In this document: piece by piece, positions 1 through 6,892 of the stretch
Position numbering within the stretch: position 1 is the stretch's first letter
Layout of the letters: each line of letters starts with the position of its first letter
IMG/VR virus record: IMGVR_UViG_3300045988_162894
Origin: a virus
Lineage: Duplodnaviria > Heunggongvirae > Uroviricota > Caudoviricetes
Direction: 5' to 3' (one strand)
DNA length: 27,920 bases
Notes under the pieces: model-generated
The model's database searches: none
Told to the model about the DNA's origin: nothing
The model's input: only the letters and a program-made list of their open reading frames with translations
Position numbers and translations under genes: made by a program

Positions 1-170
1 AAGAGTGGTCTGGAAAAATGTAGTGATATTCGACGCAGATATTTAGGCTGAGCACGAGGATTTTACTTTCTATATGAGTGACTATTATAAAAACTGCTCT
101 CAGAATTTGATAGTATTTGATATGATACGCTCTTCTTTACTTATGCGTTTTTTAATAGGGTTAATATATA

Positions 171-1385
171 ATGACTAAGCAAAAAAAACCTAGGAAAGTT
201 CGGATAACAAAAGCTGAAAAAGAACGACGTGCAGAGTTTGATAAAAAGGAAATGAATATACGTGAGTATTTTTCAAATTTAAATAAACATGTGAACGATA
301 TTCGTAGTAAAGAGCGAGATTTTCATGGCCTTATCAGAGAACTGAATTACTTTCAAAAAAATATTGAATTTGAATACGAGAAAACGAGGGACATATCCCA
401 TCCAAGAGACTTAGGCAATGCTCGCGAAAATATACTAAAAGATTTTTTGAAATTAAGCGGTTTATTCCCAAGGCGTTATGCTGTGTCTTCAAGAAGCGTA
501 AGAGTTGCTGCTGCTACAGGACATCTTAGCAACGAGATTGACATCGCATTATATGATGCAGATGATGGATATGTGCTAATGCAGCGTAACGAAATATATG
601 ATGTTTACCCTTCTGAAAATGTATATGGAGTTATTCAAGTAAAATCAAAACTTACTAGGAAAGAATTAAGCAGTGCCATAAAAAATATTGCATCATATAA
701 AAAACTACAAAGAAAAAAGAATGGCCATGGATTTTTTATAAATAACACATCATTCTCAGGGTTCGGAGTTGTTTTTGCATATGAAACAGAAATGCACTGG
801 GATGATATAGTATCTGCTCTTAAGGAAGAAATCCAGAGTAATGAAACAAAATTACTACCCAATGCAGTTTTCATATTAAATAAAGGCTATTTTTTATTTG
901 GTAACAACAATGAATATCTGAGTTATAATTCAGATAGGATGATTAATGCAACTGACATGATTGTACATGGCTTTCCTGATCGTGATGGTTGTTCCTTAGT
1001 TAACTTCCACAAGTTAATGATTACATTGTTGAATAATACTCAAAAAGGGAATGTAAATATAAGTGATTATTATAGATTACCTTTAACTGCTGGAGATTAT
1101 TCTTACGAATTTAATTTTGGTATGTTTAATGAGTTAATTAACTGTGAAGTACACGGTCCATATCATCGTTTATTCAAAGAGAAAGCTTTAAAAACATTAG
1201 TAAATTATTGTGTTAGCAATGAACAGATTAATATGGTTAAGTTAATCGACTTGGCTTTAGGTAAAACTCCAAATAATGAGGAAGCATACCAAAGACAACC
1301 ATCGATGGTGACATTATATAACCCAGAAAATTTGCCACTACCTGAATTAATGTTTAGGGCGGTTCCGATGGTAAAGAATATATGA
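171..1385 (+). CDS. Hypothetical 404-aa protein in AT-rich cargo DNA; possible PD-(D/E)xK-like nuclease core (candidate defence/abortive-infection gene)
   Basis: Uninterrupted 1215-nt ORF in visibly AT-rich DNA where random stops are frequent. Possible extended -10 (TGATATGAT, 118-126) upstream. By eye the motifs E(NARENILKDF)...D(EIDIALYD)...QxK(GVIQVKSK) follow the helix-strand-strand spacing of PD-(D/E)xK nucleases. No tyrosine-recombinase motifs seen. Function is inference only. Confidence 0.6.
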   Translation: MTKQKKPRKVRITKAEKERRAEFDKKEMNIREYFSNLNKHVNDIRSKERDFHGLIRELNYFQKNIEFEYEKTRDISHPRDLGNARENILKDFLKLSGLFPRRYAVSSRSVRVAAATGHLSNEIDIALYDADDGYVLMQRNEIYDVYPSENVYGVIQVKSKLTRKELSSAIKNIASYKKLQRKKNGHGFFINNTSFSGFGVVFAYETEMHWDDIVSALKEEIQSNETKLLPNAVFILNKGYFLFGNNNEYLSYNSDRMINATDMIVHGFPDRDGCSLVNFHKLMITLLNNTQKGNVNISDYYRLPLTAGDYSYEFNFGMFNELINCEVHGPYHRLFKEKALKTLVNYCVSNEQINMVKLIDLALGKTPNNEEAYQRQPSMVTLYNPENLPLPELMFRAVPMVKNI

Positions 1386-1525
1386 CATCAACTATCGCTT
1401 ATGAACATATAACTTGTCAGGGTTATAGTATAATAATTCCATATTATTACTTGATGAAAGAAGATATGTTGGTGACATGTCCAAAATGCAAGAAAAATTT
1501 GACTAGTGATACATAGCTCTCAGTT

Positions 1526-1552
1526 ATGGCTGATTGTATAATAATCAGCCAT
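1526..1552. repeat. Perfect inverted repeat (10-bp arms ATGGCTGATT / AATCAGCCAT, 7-nt spacer GTATAAT) followed by T-rich tract on + strand; possible terminator or protein-binding site
   Basis: Read directly from sequence. Lies about 140 bp downstream of the 171-1385 ORF stop. Confidence 0.5.
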
Positions 1553-1718
1553 AGTTAATTTTTATGTGTGGTTTACACTCTATTAGATTAGGCAGTAAAT
1601 TTACTCATCTGTATATTGCATTGAAAACCGGATTTGCCATACTTCATAATTAACAAAACATAAATAAATTAGTTAAATAACTTGCACTAAACTCCATAAA
1701 CATATTATAAACTTCCGC

Positions 1719-1775
1719 AGCTGGCACAGAGCAGACAGTCATATTTGTTTGGTCTGTGCCATAGATGTGCCAGCT
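1719..1775. repeat. Nested inverted repeats (AGCTGGCACA ... TGTGCCAGCT with inner CAGAC ... GTCTG) just downstream of the alpA-like gene; possible recombination or regulatory site
   Basis: 10-bp arms at 1719-1728 and 1766-1775 are exact reverse complements; inner 5-bp arms at 1733-1737 and 1753-1757. No T-run on either strand, so not a canonical terminator. Confidence 0.45.
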
Positions 1776-1795
1776 CAGATTTGAGCCAATGTTTG

Positions 1796-1990
1796 TTACT
1801 CAATTACTCCAGCAAACCTGTATATCTTACGTGATGCCCATTTATTTGGGCAGGATTTAATATCAGGATCTGGAAAATCTTGTCTGTATTTCTGGCCAGT
1901 CCTCCTATTTACGCTGTTCCAGCGAAGCACCGTTGATATTGAAACGCCACAGAATTCGGCGACTTGTTTTGTTGTCATTAAGTTGTTCAT
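1796..1990 (-). CDS. AlpA-family phage transcriptional regulator / excisionase-like small HTH protein
   Basis: 64-aa ORF; TTKQVAEFCGVSISTVLRW matches the AlpA/Vis-type HTH pattern. Strong RBS GGAGGGG 5 nt upstream of the ATG on the minus strand. Confidence 0.7.
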   Translation of the reverse strand: MNNLMTTKQVAEFCGVSISTVLRWNSVNRRTGQKYRQDFPDPDIKSCPNKWASRKIYRFAGVIE

Positions 1991-2024
1991 TGCTGCCCCT
2001 CCAGCGATTGTTCAGTTGAAAGAC

Positions 2025-2561
2025 TTATGCGCATGTGTGTAACTCCGATAACTCGTTAAAGCGCTCTATAAACATCCCGTAGGCATGGCCCGGTGCCAGT
2101 GGAATCACGTTGAACATCTCTGTTGCCGGGATGCCTTCCAGCACAGGCCAGAAAGAGCCATCATCAAGCCCGAGATCGCGGCGTTCGGTTGCCAGCATGA
2201 TGAGATCGGCATATTTCACGGGCGTACTCATAACTGGGGGTAACCCGTATTTCTCACGGATTACGGCGTCTATTTTTTCTTCCATCCGTTTATAGTCAGG
2301 AAGAAGGCGTTTCAGTGGTGCGGGGATGTCCTGGCAATATGCTTCTGTTGCATCATGCATTAACGCTTCAAAAACAAATTCCTGCGGTACCAGCTGGCTG
2401 CAAAGCACCGCATGTTGGGCGACGCTGTAGAAGTGTGAAAGATGCCCTGCAAAGCGACAGATATTTGAAAGGGAAACCGCGATATCGTTAATCACGATAT
2501 CGTCTTTATTTATCTTGTCATAATAAAAATGCTTCCCGGAAAAAGTTTTAATAAATGACAT
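2025..2561 (-). CDS. HD-domain phosphohydrolase (YfdR-like, 5'-deoxynucleotidase-type fold)
   Basis: Motifs RFAGH...SVAQHA...LMHDATEAY typical of HD-domain metal-dependent phosphohydrolases. Start placed at internal ATG 2561 (GGAG RBS 7 nt upstream) rather than the GTG at 2591. Confidence 0.65.
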   Translation of the reverse strand: MSFIKTFSGKHFYYDKINKDDIVINDIAVSLSNICRFAGHLSHFYSVAQHAVLCSQLVPQEFVFEALMHDATEAYCQDIPAPLKRLLPDYKRMEEKIDAVIREKYGLPPVMSTPVKYADLIMLATERRDLGLDDGSFWPVLEGIPATEMFNVIPLAPGHAYGMFIERFNELSELHTCA

Positions 2562-2688
2562 TTTGTTCTCCACGTATATGTGCTGCACCACGCTGAATTC
2601 TGGTAAAAGGAAGCCCTCACCATCCGGCGATTATTGAGTTAATTACGTTTCCATAAATGCCCCCGCAGGGGCATTTGCAGTAATGAAA

Positions 2689-3513
2689 TCAGGCGCTGAA
2701 AGTACCAATGAAGGTTTCTACTTTGCTGTCTTTGAATTTCTCAACAAGCAGATCACGAAATTCGTTAGCCATTTCTTCCTGCACCGCTTCCAGCTGAATA
2801 ATGCGCAGAACCAGTACAGGACGATCGCCAGTGATAATGCTGAGGCGTAATTTAAACGGACGTTCTTTCAGGCCTTCAAACGGAACGCATTTAAATTCAA
2901 ATGCCACTGGCATAATATCTTTGGTTTTCGCTTCGACAGACTCCATCAGGGAGCGTTTGCCGCTGAAGTCATTATCTTCAAAATCAGCGGTCTGGTTTGC
3001 TTCAATCGTGATTTTACGGACAGCCGCAGCCGCTTTTGTTGCCTGAATAGCGTCACCATTAGCATCAAAGCCCACAAGGTAGCCGGCCCAGTCTTCAATC
3101 CATTCTGCCAGTGACTTCTGGGAATGACGCTCGCCATTAACAGACAACAGAGCAGAGAACGGTGCTGTCTTTTTCAGTTTGAGAGTGGCGGTGTTATCTG
3201 CGTGACCTGGTTCATCAATAGTACCCAGGTTAAGCACACTGACGGCTCGCATATTATCGGCATCGATAAAGCAGCGGGTGCCTTCATCTGCAAGATCTTT
3301 AGAATAACGGGTAAAGTCATCGATGCTGGCAGTGGAAAGCGCACCACGGAAACGGAAGCGATTTAAATTAAATTTTTCCAGATCATGAATGCGGAAATTC
3401 TCAGGCAATGCCACAGCATCGGCACCAATCTTACTGATAATTTCATTAACACCCTGAGCAGAAATAAGGGCATGGATTTGATTAATTGCGGTTGCGTCTA
3501 AGTTCTGAGACAT
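2689..3513 (-). CDS. DUF2303-family protein (YfdQ-like)
   Basis: 274-aa ORF with AGGA RBS; length and sequence recalled as resembling CPS-53/KpLE1 YfdQ. Gene order yfdP-yfdQ-yfdR is conserved here. Confidence 0.6.
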   Translation of the reverse strand: MSQNLDATAINQIHALISAQGVNEIISKIGADAVALPENFRIHDLEKFNLNRFRFRGALSTASIDDFTRYSKDLADEGTRCFIDADNMRAVSVLNLGTIDEPGHADNTATLKLKKTAPFSALLSVNGERHSQKSLAEWIEDWAGYLVGFDANGDAIQATKAAAAVRKITIEANQTADFEDNDFSGKRSLMESVEAKTKDIMPVAFEFKCVPFEGLKERPFKLRLSIITGDRPVLVLRIIQLEAVQEEMANEFRDLLVEKFKDSKVETFIGTFSA

Positions 3514-3578
3514 AATAAGTCCTCACTATATAAAGATATTCAGTGATGAGATAAATAATCAGTTAATTAAAAACGATA

Positions 3579-3941
3579 TTAACGACCTGCTGCGCGGAGT
3601 TTTCCGTCAGGTTCACCGGCAAGAGTCAGTAACTGTCCCTGGTCTTCCTGCAGAATAGTCAGGCGACCACCGCGATTGACATACATCGGCGTTTCGGTGG
3701 TGTCTTCTTCGGAAATTTTCCCGCGGTTAGTCGGGCGAACATATGAGAGTTTGTGTTTGATTTTCACACGGTTCTCATCAAATGGTTCGATTTCCAGGTT
3801 GAGTGAGACCTTACCTTTGGTTTTCGTGTTCATCACACCGGAAGCGACTTCACTGAGAACTGCGCCGATTTTGGTTTCAAATACGCCGCCGTCCAGCTCC
3901 CCGATAAATGCCTGCACATCAGTACTGCGTTCGCTAGCCAT
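3579..3941 (-). CDS. YfdP-like hypothetical phage protein (120 aa)
   Basis: The track ORF 3579-4259 extends upstream with non-protein-like R/C-rich sequence. Start placed at ATG 3941, preceded by AGGAG with 8-nt spacing. Confidence 0.55.
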   Translation of the reverse strand: MASERSTDVQAFIGELDGGVFETKIGAVLSEVASGVMNTKTKGKVSLNLEIEPFDENRVKIKHKLSYVRPTNRGKISEEDTTETPMYVNRGGRLTILQEDQGQLLTLAGEPDGKLRAAGR

Positions 3942-3989
3942 TTTGCTGCTCCTCATCATATCGACCCTGCAAGGCCGATTAGTTTCTCC

Positions 3990-4078
3990 ACAAAACAGAG
4001 AAGAACACCTGCGGTGGCAGCCGCCCGGATGGATTGGGTTATGAGCCCGTCGTCCGGTGATGCTCTTCTCTGTTTTGT
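3990..4078. other. Long imperfect hairpin (18-bp arms ACAAAACAGAGAAGAACA / TGCTCTTCTCTGTTTTGT, one mismatch, 53-nt GC-rich loop) within a GC-rich stretch lacking a convincing ORF; candidate structured RNA or DNA site
   Basis: Arms read directly from sequence. The surrounding 3942-4378 has only junk-like overlapping ORFs in the track. Confidence 0.4.
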
Positions 4079-4378
4079 AAAAAGGACGGTACCAGCCGGA
4101 AGCAAGGGTACAAACTGGTACCGCCGGGACTACACACAGCATAAAGTTGTGGTGCCGGGTGCCTCCCGGTGCCTGGCGAAGGTTGCACACCAGACGGGTG
4201 GGTATCCACAGAAGGTCGACTGTCAGCCTCAACCTTAACCCGCGTGCGCTGAGCCGCATTCACCACAACGCTAAGGATTCTCTCTGGTTGAAAATACTTA
4301 GCTGTTATGTGCCTGTCTTTTCACCACTTCAGGCTCGGTGGGATCCTTTTAAGCCCGTATACATAAAAGGAAAATCAA

Positions 4379-4624
4379 ATGACTTTTGATGAAAAAGAAC
4401 TTGATAATGCAATTAATAAAATCATCGTAACGTCGCTCTTTTCCTGTCTCAGCGACACTCAGAAGAAACAGTTCTACGAATCGGTTTTCAACATGATCGA
4501 GCGTTGTTGTTTCTGCGATGCCGACGAGTTACCTGAAAAAATCAGGAAACAGTTGGCTGATGCTCTTCGAGTGCGACTTTCTGACCAATTTTCTGAAATG
4601 TGCTCTCCGAATTTGGACAAATAG
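4379..4624 (+). CDS. Hypothetical small acidic protein (81 aa), opposite orientation to the early-left operon
   Basis: Good RBS (AAGGAAAA, 5-nt spacer) and protein-like sequence. Overlaps convergently with the minus-strand ORF 4542-4817, so at most one of the two is likely real. Confidence 0.35.
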   Translation: MTFDEKELDNAINKIIVTSLFSCLSDTQKKQFYESVFNMIERCCFCDADELPEKIRKQLADALRVRLSDQFSEMCSPNLDK

Positions 4625-4817
4625 AAAAAGGCCATTTCCATTCAGGGTCTGATGGAAATACTTCAGCCTGTTCCAAAGCACGGCGTAAAGAGAACACAAC
4701 TCCAGCCATAATCTGATGTTTCCCATTGGTCCAGCTATCGCCGCTCTGATCTACAGGGGCGGCTATGTCGTATGACCAAACGACTTCACAGTTATTGTTT
4801 AAAATCTGGACTTTCAT
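4542..4817 (-). CDS. Hypothetical small protein (91 aa) in the first-gene position of the presumed early-left (PL) transcript
   Basis: ATG at 4817 with AGGTG RBS 6 nt upstream. No arginine-rich motif, so not an N-like antiterminator. A hairpin plus T-run on the minus strand (4625-4660) lies inside it, which weakens the call. Confidence 0.3.
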   Translation of the reverse strand: MKVQILNNNCEVVWSYDIAAPVDQSGDSWTNGKHQIMAGVVFSLRRALEQAEVFPSDPEWKWPFSICPNSESTFQKIGQKVALEEHQPTVS

Positions 4818-4941
4818 TTCATACACCTGCTTTAACATGAGTGCCTGGTGGCACAACATGACTCAACGAATCATCCTGGACTTCATATGCCCCAGGCGGC
4901 TACTTCGTGGGCGTCCTGCCTGTTCGTTATCTTTGATATAA

Positions 4942-5007
4942 AATCTAACTTAACTTAGTTATTATGGCAAGAGAAAACACCAAACTTTTCTTAGTTCGGT
5001 GCCTTAG
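4942..5007 (-). promoter_or_regulatory. Putative OL/PL region: operator-like CTAAC-TTAA-CTTAG (4945-4958) overlapping candidate leftward promoter (-35 TTGCCA at 4965-4970, -10 TAGATT at 4942-4947 on minus strand); further CTTAG copies at 4990-4994 and 5003-5007
   Basis: Same half-site and spacing as the palindromes in the cI-cro intergenic region. Promoter hexamers identified by eye with 17-bp spacer. Confidence 0.4.
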
Positions 5008-5023
5008 TTAGAGAAGAGAGGTC

Positions 5024-5650
5024 TTAGAGTTCGTATTGAACTCCTTTGACTACACCAATGATAAGGCAATTACCATTGATAGGGATGTTGGGATACCGAG
5101 GATTTAATGGCACTAAAAACTTTTGAGGGCCATCGATGACTAATTTTTTTACTGTAGCTTCGTTTGTTCCATCAAGTCGAGCGATGACTATTTTTCCATG
5201 ACGAGGTTCTGCATCTGGATCTACAATCACTGTTGCGCCTTCTGGTATTGTTGGGAGGCCATTAGGGTTAGTCATGGAGTCACCTTTAACCTCTAATGCA
5301 AATGAGTTATCACCAATCTTTAATGATGTATCTACCCACTTGTCCACTTCACTAAACACTTCTGCTGCCCTGCACTCAGTAAACTGCCCAGCCTGAACCC
5401 ACGATATTACAGGAACTCTGCGCATGTTTGTGACGAGTTTGCCTTCAAACTCAGCACCATAAAGAATGTAATCTATTGACGTATTGAAGAACTTCGCTAA
5501 TTTCGAAAGTGCCTCCCCACCAGGGGTATTGATGTCTTTCTCCCAGTACCCCACAGCAACGTCGCTTACTCCACAAAATTTACCCAATTCTTTCTGGGAC
5601 GTTCCGGTAACTCTTCTCAGAGCTTTTATACGCTGACCAACCGTTTCCAT
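5024..5650 (-). CDS. cI: CI-like prophage repressor (N-terminal HTH, C-terminal S24 LexA-like autopeptidase domain)
   Basis: 208 aa. N-terminal HTH (QKELGKFCGVSDVAVGYWEKD) and C-terminal S24 peptidase-like segment (GDSM...ATVIVDPD...GKIVIARL). Divergent from a Cro-like gene. No SD upstream, consistent with a leaderless transcript as for lambda cI. Confidence 0.85.
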   Translation of the reverse strand: METVGQRIKALRRVTGTSQKELGKFCGVSDVAVGYWEKDINTPGGEALSKLAKFFNTSIDYILYGAEFEGKLVTNMRRVPVISWVQAGQFTECRAAEVFSEVDKWVDTSLKIGDNSFALEVKGDSMTNPNGLPTIPEGATVIVDPDAEPRHGKIVIARLDGTNEATVKKLVIDGPQKFLVPLNPRYPNIPINGNCLIIGVVKGVQYEL

Positions 5651-5747
5651 AGGAGCACCATTTCTTGAATTGCTAAGTAATCTTAGTTTTTATTGACCAA
5701 AGATAGATTTGTAATTAGCATCTAATAAAACTTAGTTTGGAGGGCGT
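5651..5747. promoter_or_regulatory. Immunity-region operator/promoter interval between cI and cro: palindromes CTAAG-TAAT-CTTAG (5673-5686) and CTAAT-AAAA-CTTAG (5722-5735); candidate PR -35 TTGACC (5693-5698) and -10 TAGCAT (5716-5721)
   Basis: Read directly from sequence. Divergent gene arrangement is typical of lambdoid OR/PR/PRM. Confidence 0.6.
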
Positions 5748-5948
5748 ATGACAACTGACGATATCGAAAGCTACTTCGGCAGTATTGAGAAAGTTGCTGC
5801 TTTTTTCGGCATAACAACTGAAGCCGTTTATCAGTGGCGAAACCGTCCGGGCCAGTTAATTCCAAAAGGACGTGCAGCAGAAGCTGCATATAGAACTTGC
5901 GGACGGTTGCCATTTAAACCTGAGCTTTATGAAAAATCTAATGGATAA
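5748..5948 (+). CDS. cro: Cro-like (YdaS/P22 Cro-type) HTH regulator
   Basis: 66 aa, GGAGGG RBS. HTH with AVYQW motif. Position divergent from the repressor. Confidence 0.7.
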   Translation: MTTDDIESYFGSIEKVAAFFGITTEAVYQWRNRPGQLIPKGRAAEAAYRTCGRLPFKPELYEKSNG

Positions 5949-6537
5949 ATCGATTAACAGAAACCACAGAACGATGAGGCTAACCGTGGGTAAGCATCAC
6001 TGGAAAGTAGAAAAACAGCCTGAGTGGTACGTGAAAGCTGTCAGAAAAACTATCGCAGCGTTGCCGGGTGGTTACGCTGAAGCAGCTGACTGGCTGGATG
6101 TAACAGAAAACGCATTATTTAACCGCCTTCGTGCCGATGGCGATCAGATTTTCCCGCTGGGATGGGCAATGATTTTGCAACGTGCTGGTGGAACTCACTT
6201 CATTGCTGACGCTGTGGCGCAGTCTGCAAATGGCGTCTTTGTGTCTCTTCCTGACGTCGAGGATGTGGACAACGCCGATATTAACCAGCGCCTGCTGGAA
6301 GTCATTGAACAGATTGGCAGTTATTCCAGACAGATTCGTTCGGCAATCGAAGACGGTGTGGTGGAACCGCATGAGAAGACAGCAATTAACGACGAGCTGT
6401 ATCTCTCAATTTCGAAGCTGCAGGAGCATGCAGCACTGGTCTACAAAATCTTTTGCATTTCAGAAAGTAATGACGCCCGCGAGTGTGCAGCTCCGGGCGC
6501 CGTGGCGTGTCGTGACTGTGGAGAAACTAACGCATGA
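5929..6537 (+). CDS. CII-like / YdaT-like early regulatory protein (family assignment uncertain)
   Basis: Occupies the cII position downstream of cro. Start ambiguous (ATG 5929 or 5941, overlapping the cro stop). Family recalled, not verified. Confidence 0.45.
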   Translation: MKNLMDKSINRNHRTMRLTVGKHHWKVEKQPEWYVKAVRKTIAALPGGYAEAADWLDVTENALFNRLRADGDQIFPLGWAMILQRAGGTHFIADAVAQSANGVFVSLPDVEDVDNADINQRLLEVIEQIGSYSRQIRSAIEDGVVEPHEKTAINDELYLSISKLQEHAALVYKIFCISESNDARECAAPGAVACRDCGETNA

Positions 6538-6892
6538 ACAGTTTAACAACACACTACCGTCGCTCGCAACTGATTGCGCTTCCTGTACCGGGTGGAAAAG
6601 CGAAGGTGGAGTATTGCTATGCAGTTAATGTACCAGGTGACAGGGAAATTGTAACCCACAGCTTTGCTGAGTGGGCTGTGGGGGATTTCAACCGGCAGAA
6701 GGAGACAGTCCTTTGCGACAAGTTAACCGCTGGTTCAAAGATCACTACGGAGTGCCCGTCAGAGTCATTCGTTGGGAGCCGGAAACACAACGAGTTATCT
6801 ACCTCCGCGAAGGCTATGAGCATGAGTGCTTCAGCCCGCTCGAACAGTTTCGTCGTAAATTCAGGGAAATAGAGGTCGGTCATGAGCACTAA
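6534..6892 (+). CDS. Hypothetical protein with apparent -1 frame change at a G5 run (6678-6686): N-terminal part in frame of 6534, C-terminal part in frame of 6671
   Basis: The frame-A product becomes low-complexity after about residue 50, while frame B (open only from 6671, no RBS) is protein-like ([33 protein letters not shown]). The joint coincides with the homopolymer GTGGGGGATTT. Confidence 0.4.

Noticed and set aside
635-874. Minus-strand 79-aa ORF inside the 171-1385 gene
   Set aside because: It is fully embedded antisense in a longer, better-supported ORF, has no RBS, and has low-complexity sequence.
171-1385. Possibility that the 404-aa ORF is the prophage integrase
   Set aside because: The size would fit, but by eye there is no tyrosine-recombinase C-terminal motif (R...HxxR...Y) or serine-recombinase N-terminal motif. 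The orientation and AT-richness also differ from the neighbouring phage genes.
3942-4259. Upstream extension of the yfdP-like ORF (track ORF 3579-4259, 226 aa)
   Set aside because: The extra 106 N-terminal residues are R/C/L-rich and not protein-like. An ATG with an AGGAG RBS at 3941 gives a sensible 120-aa protein, so the extension is treated as non-coding.
4625-4660. Hairpin plus T-run on the minus strand as a definite terminator of the cI transcript
   Set aside because: The stem is AT-rich and the T-run is separated from the stem by GGCC. It also lies inside a candidate ORF. It is noted in the findings but not called as a terminator.
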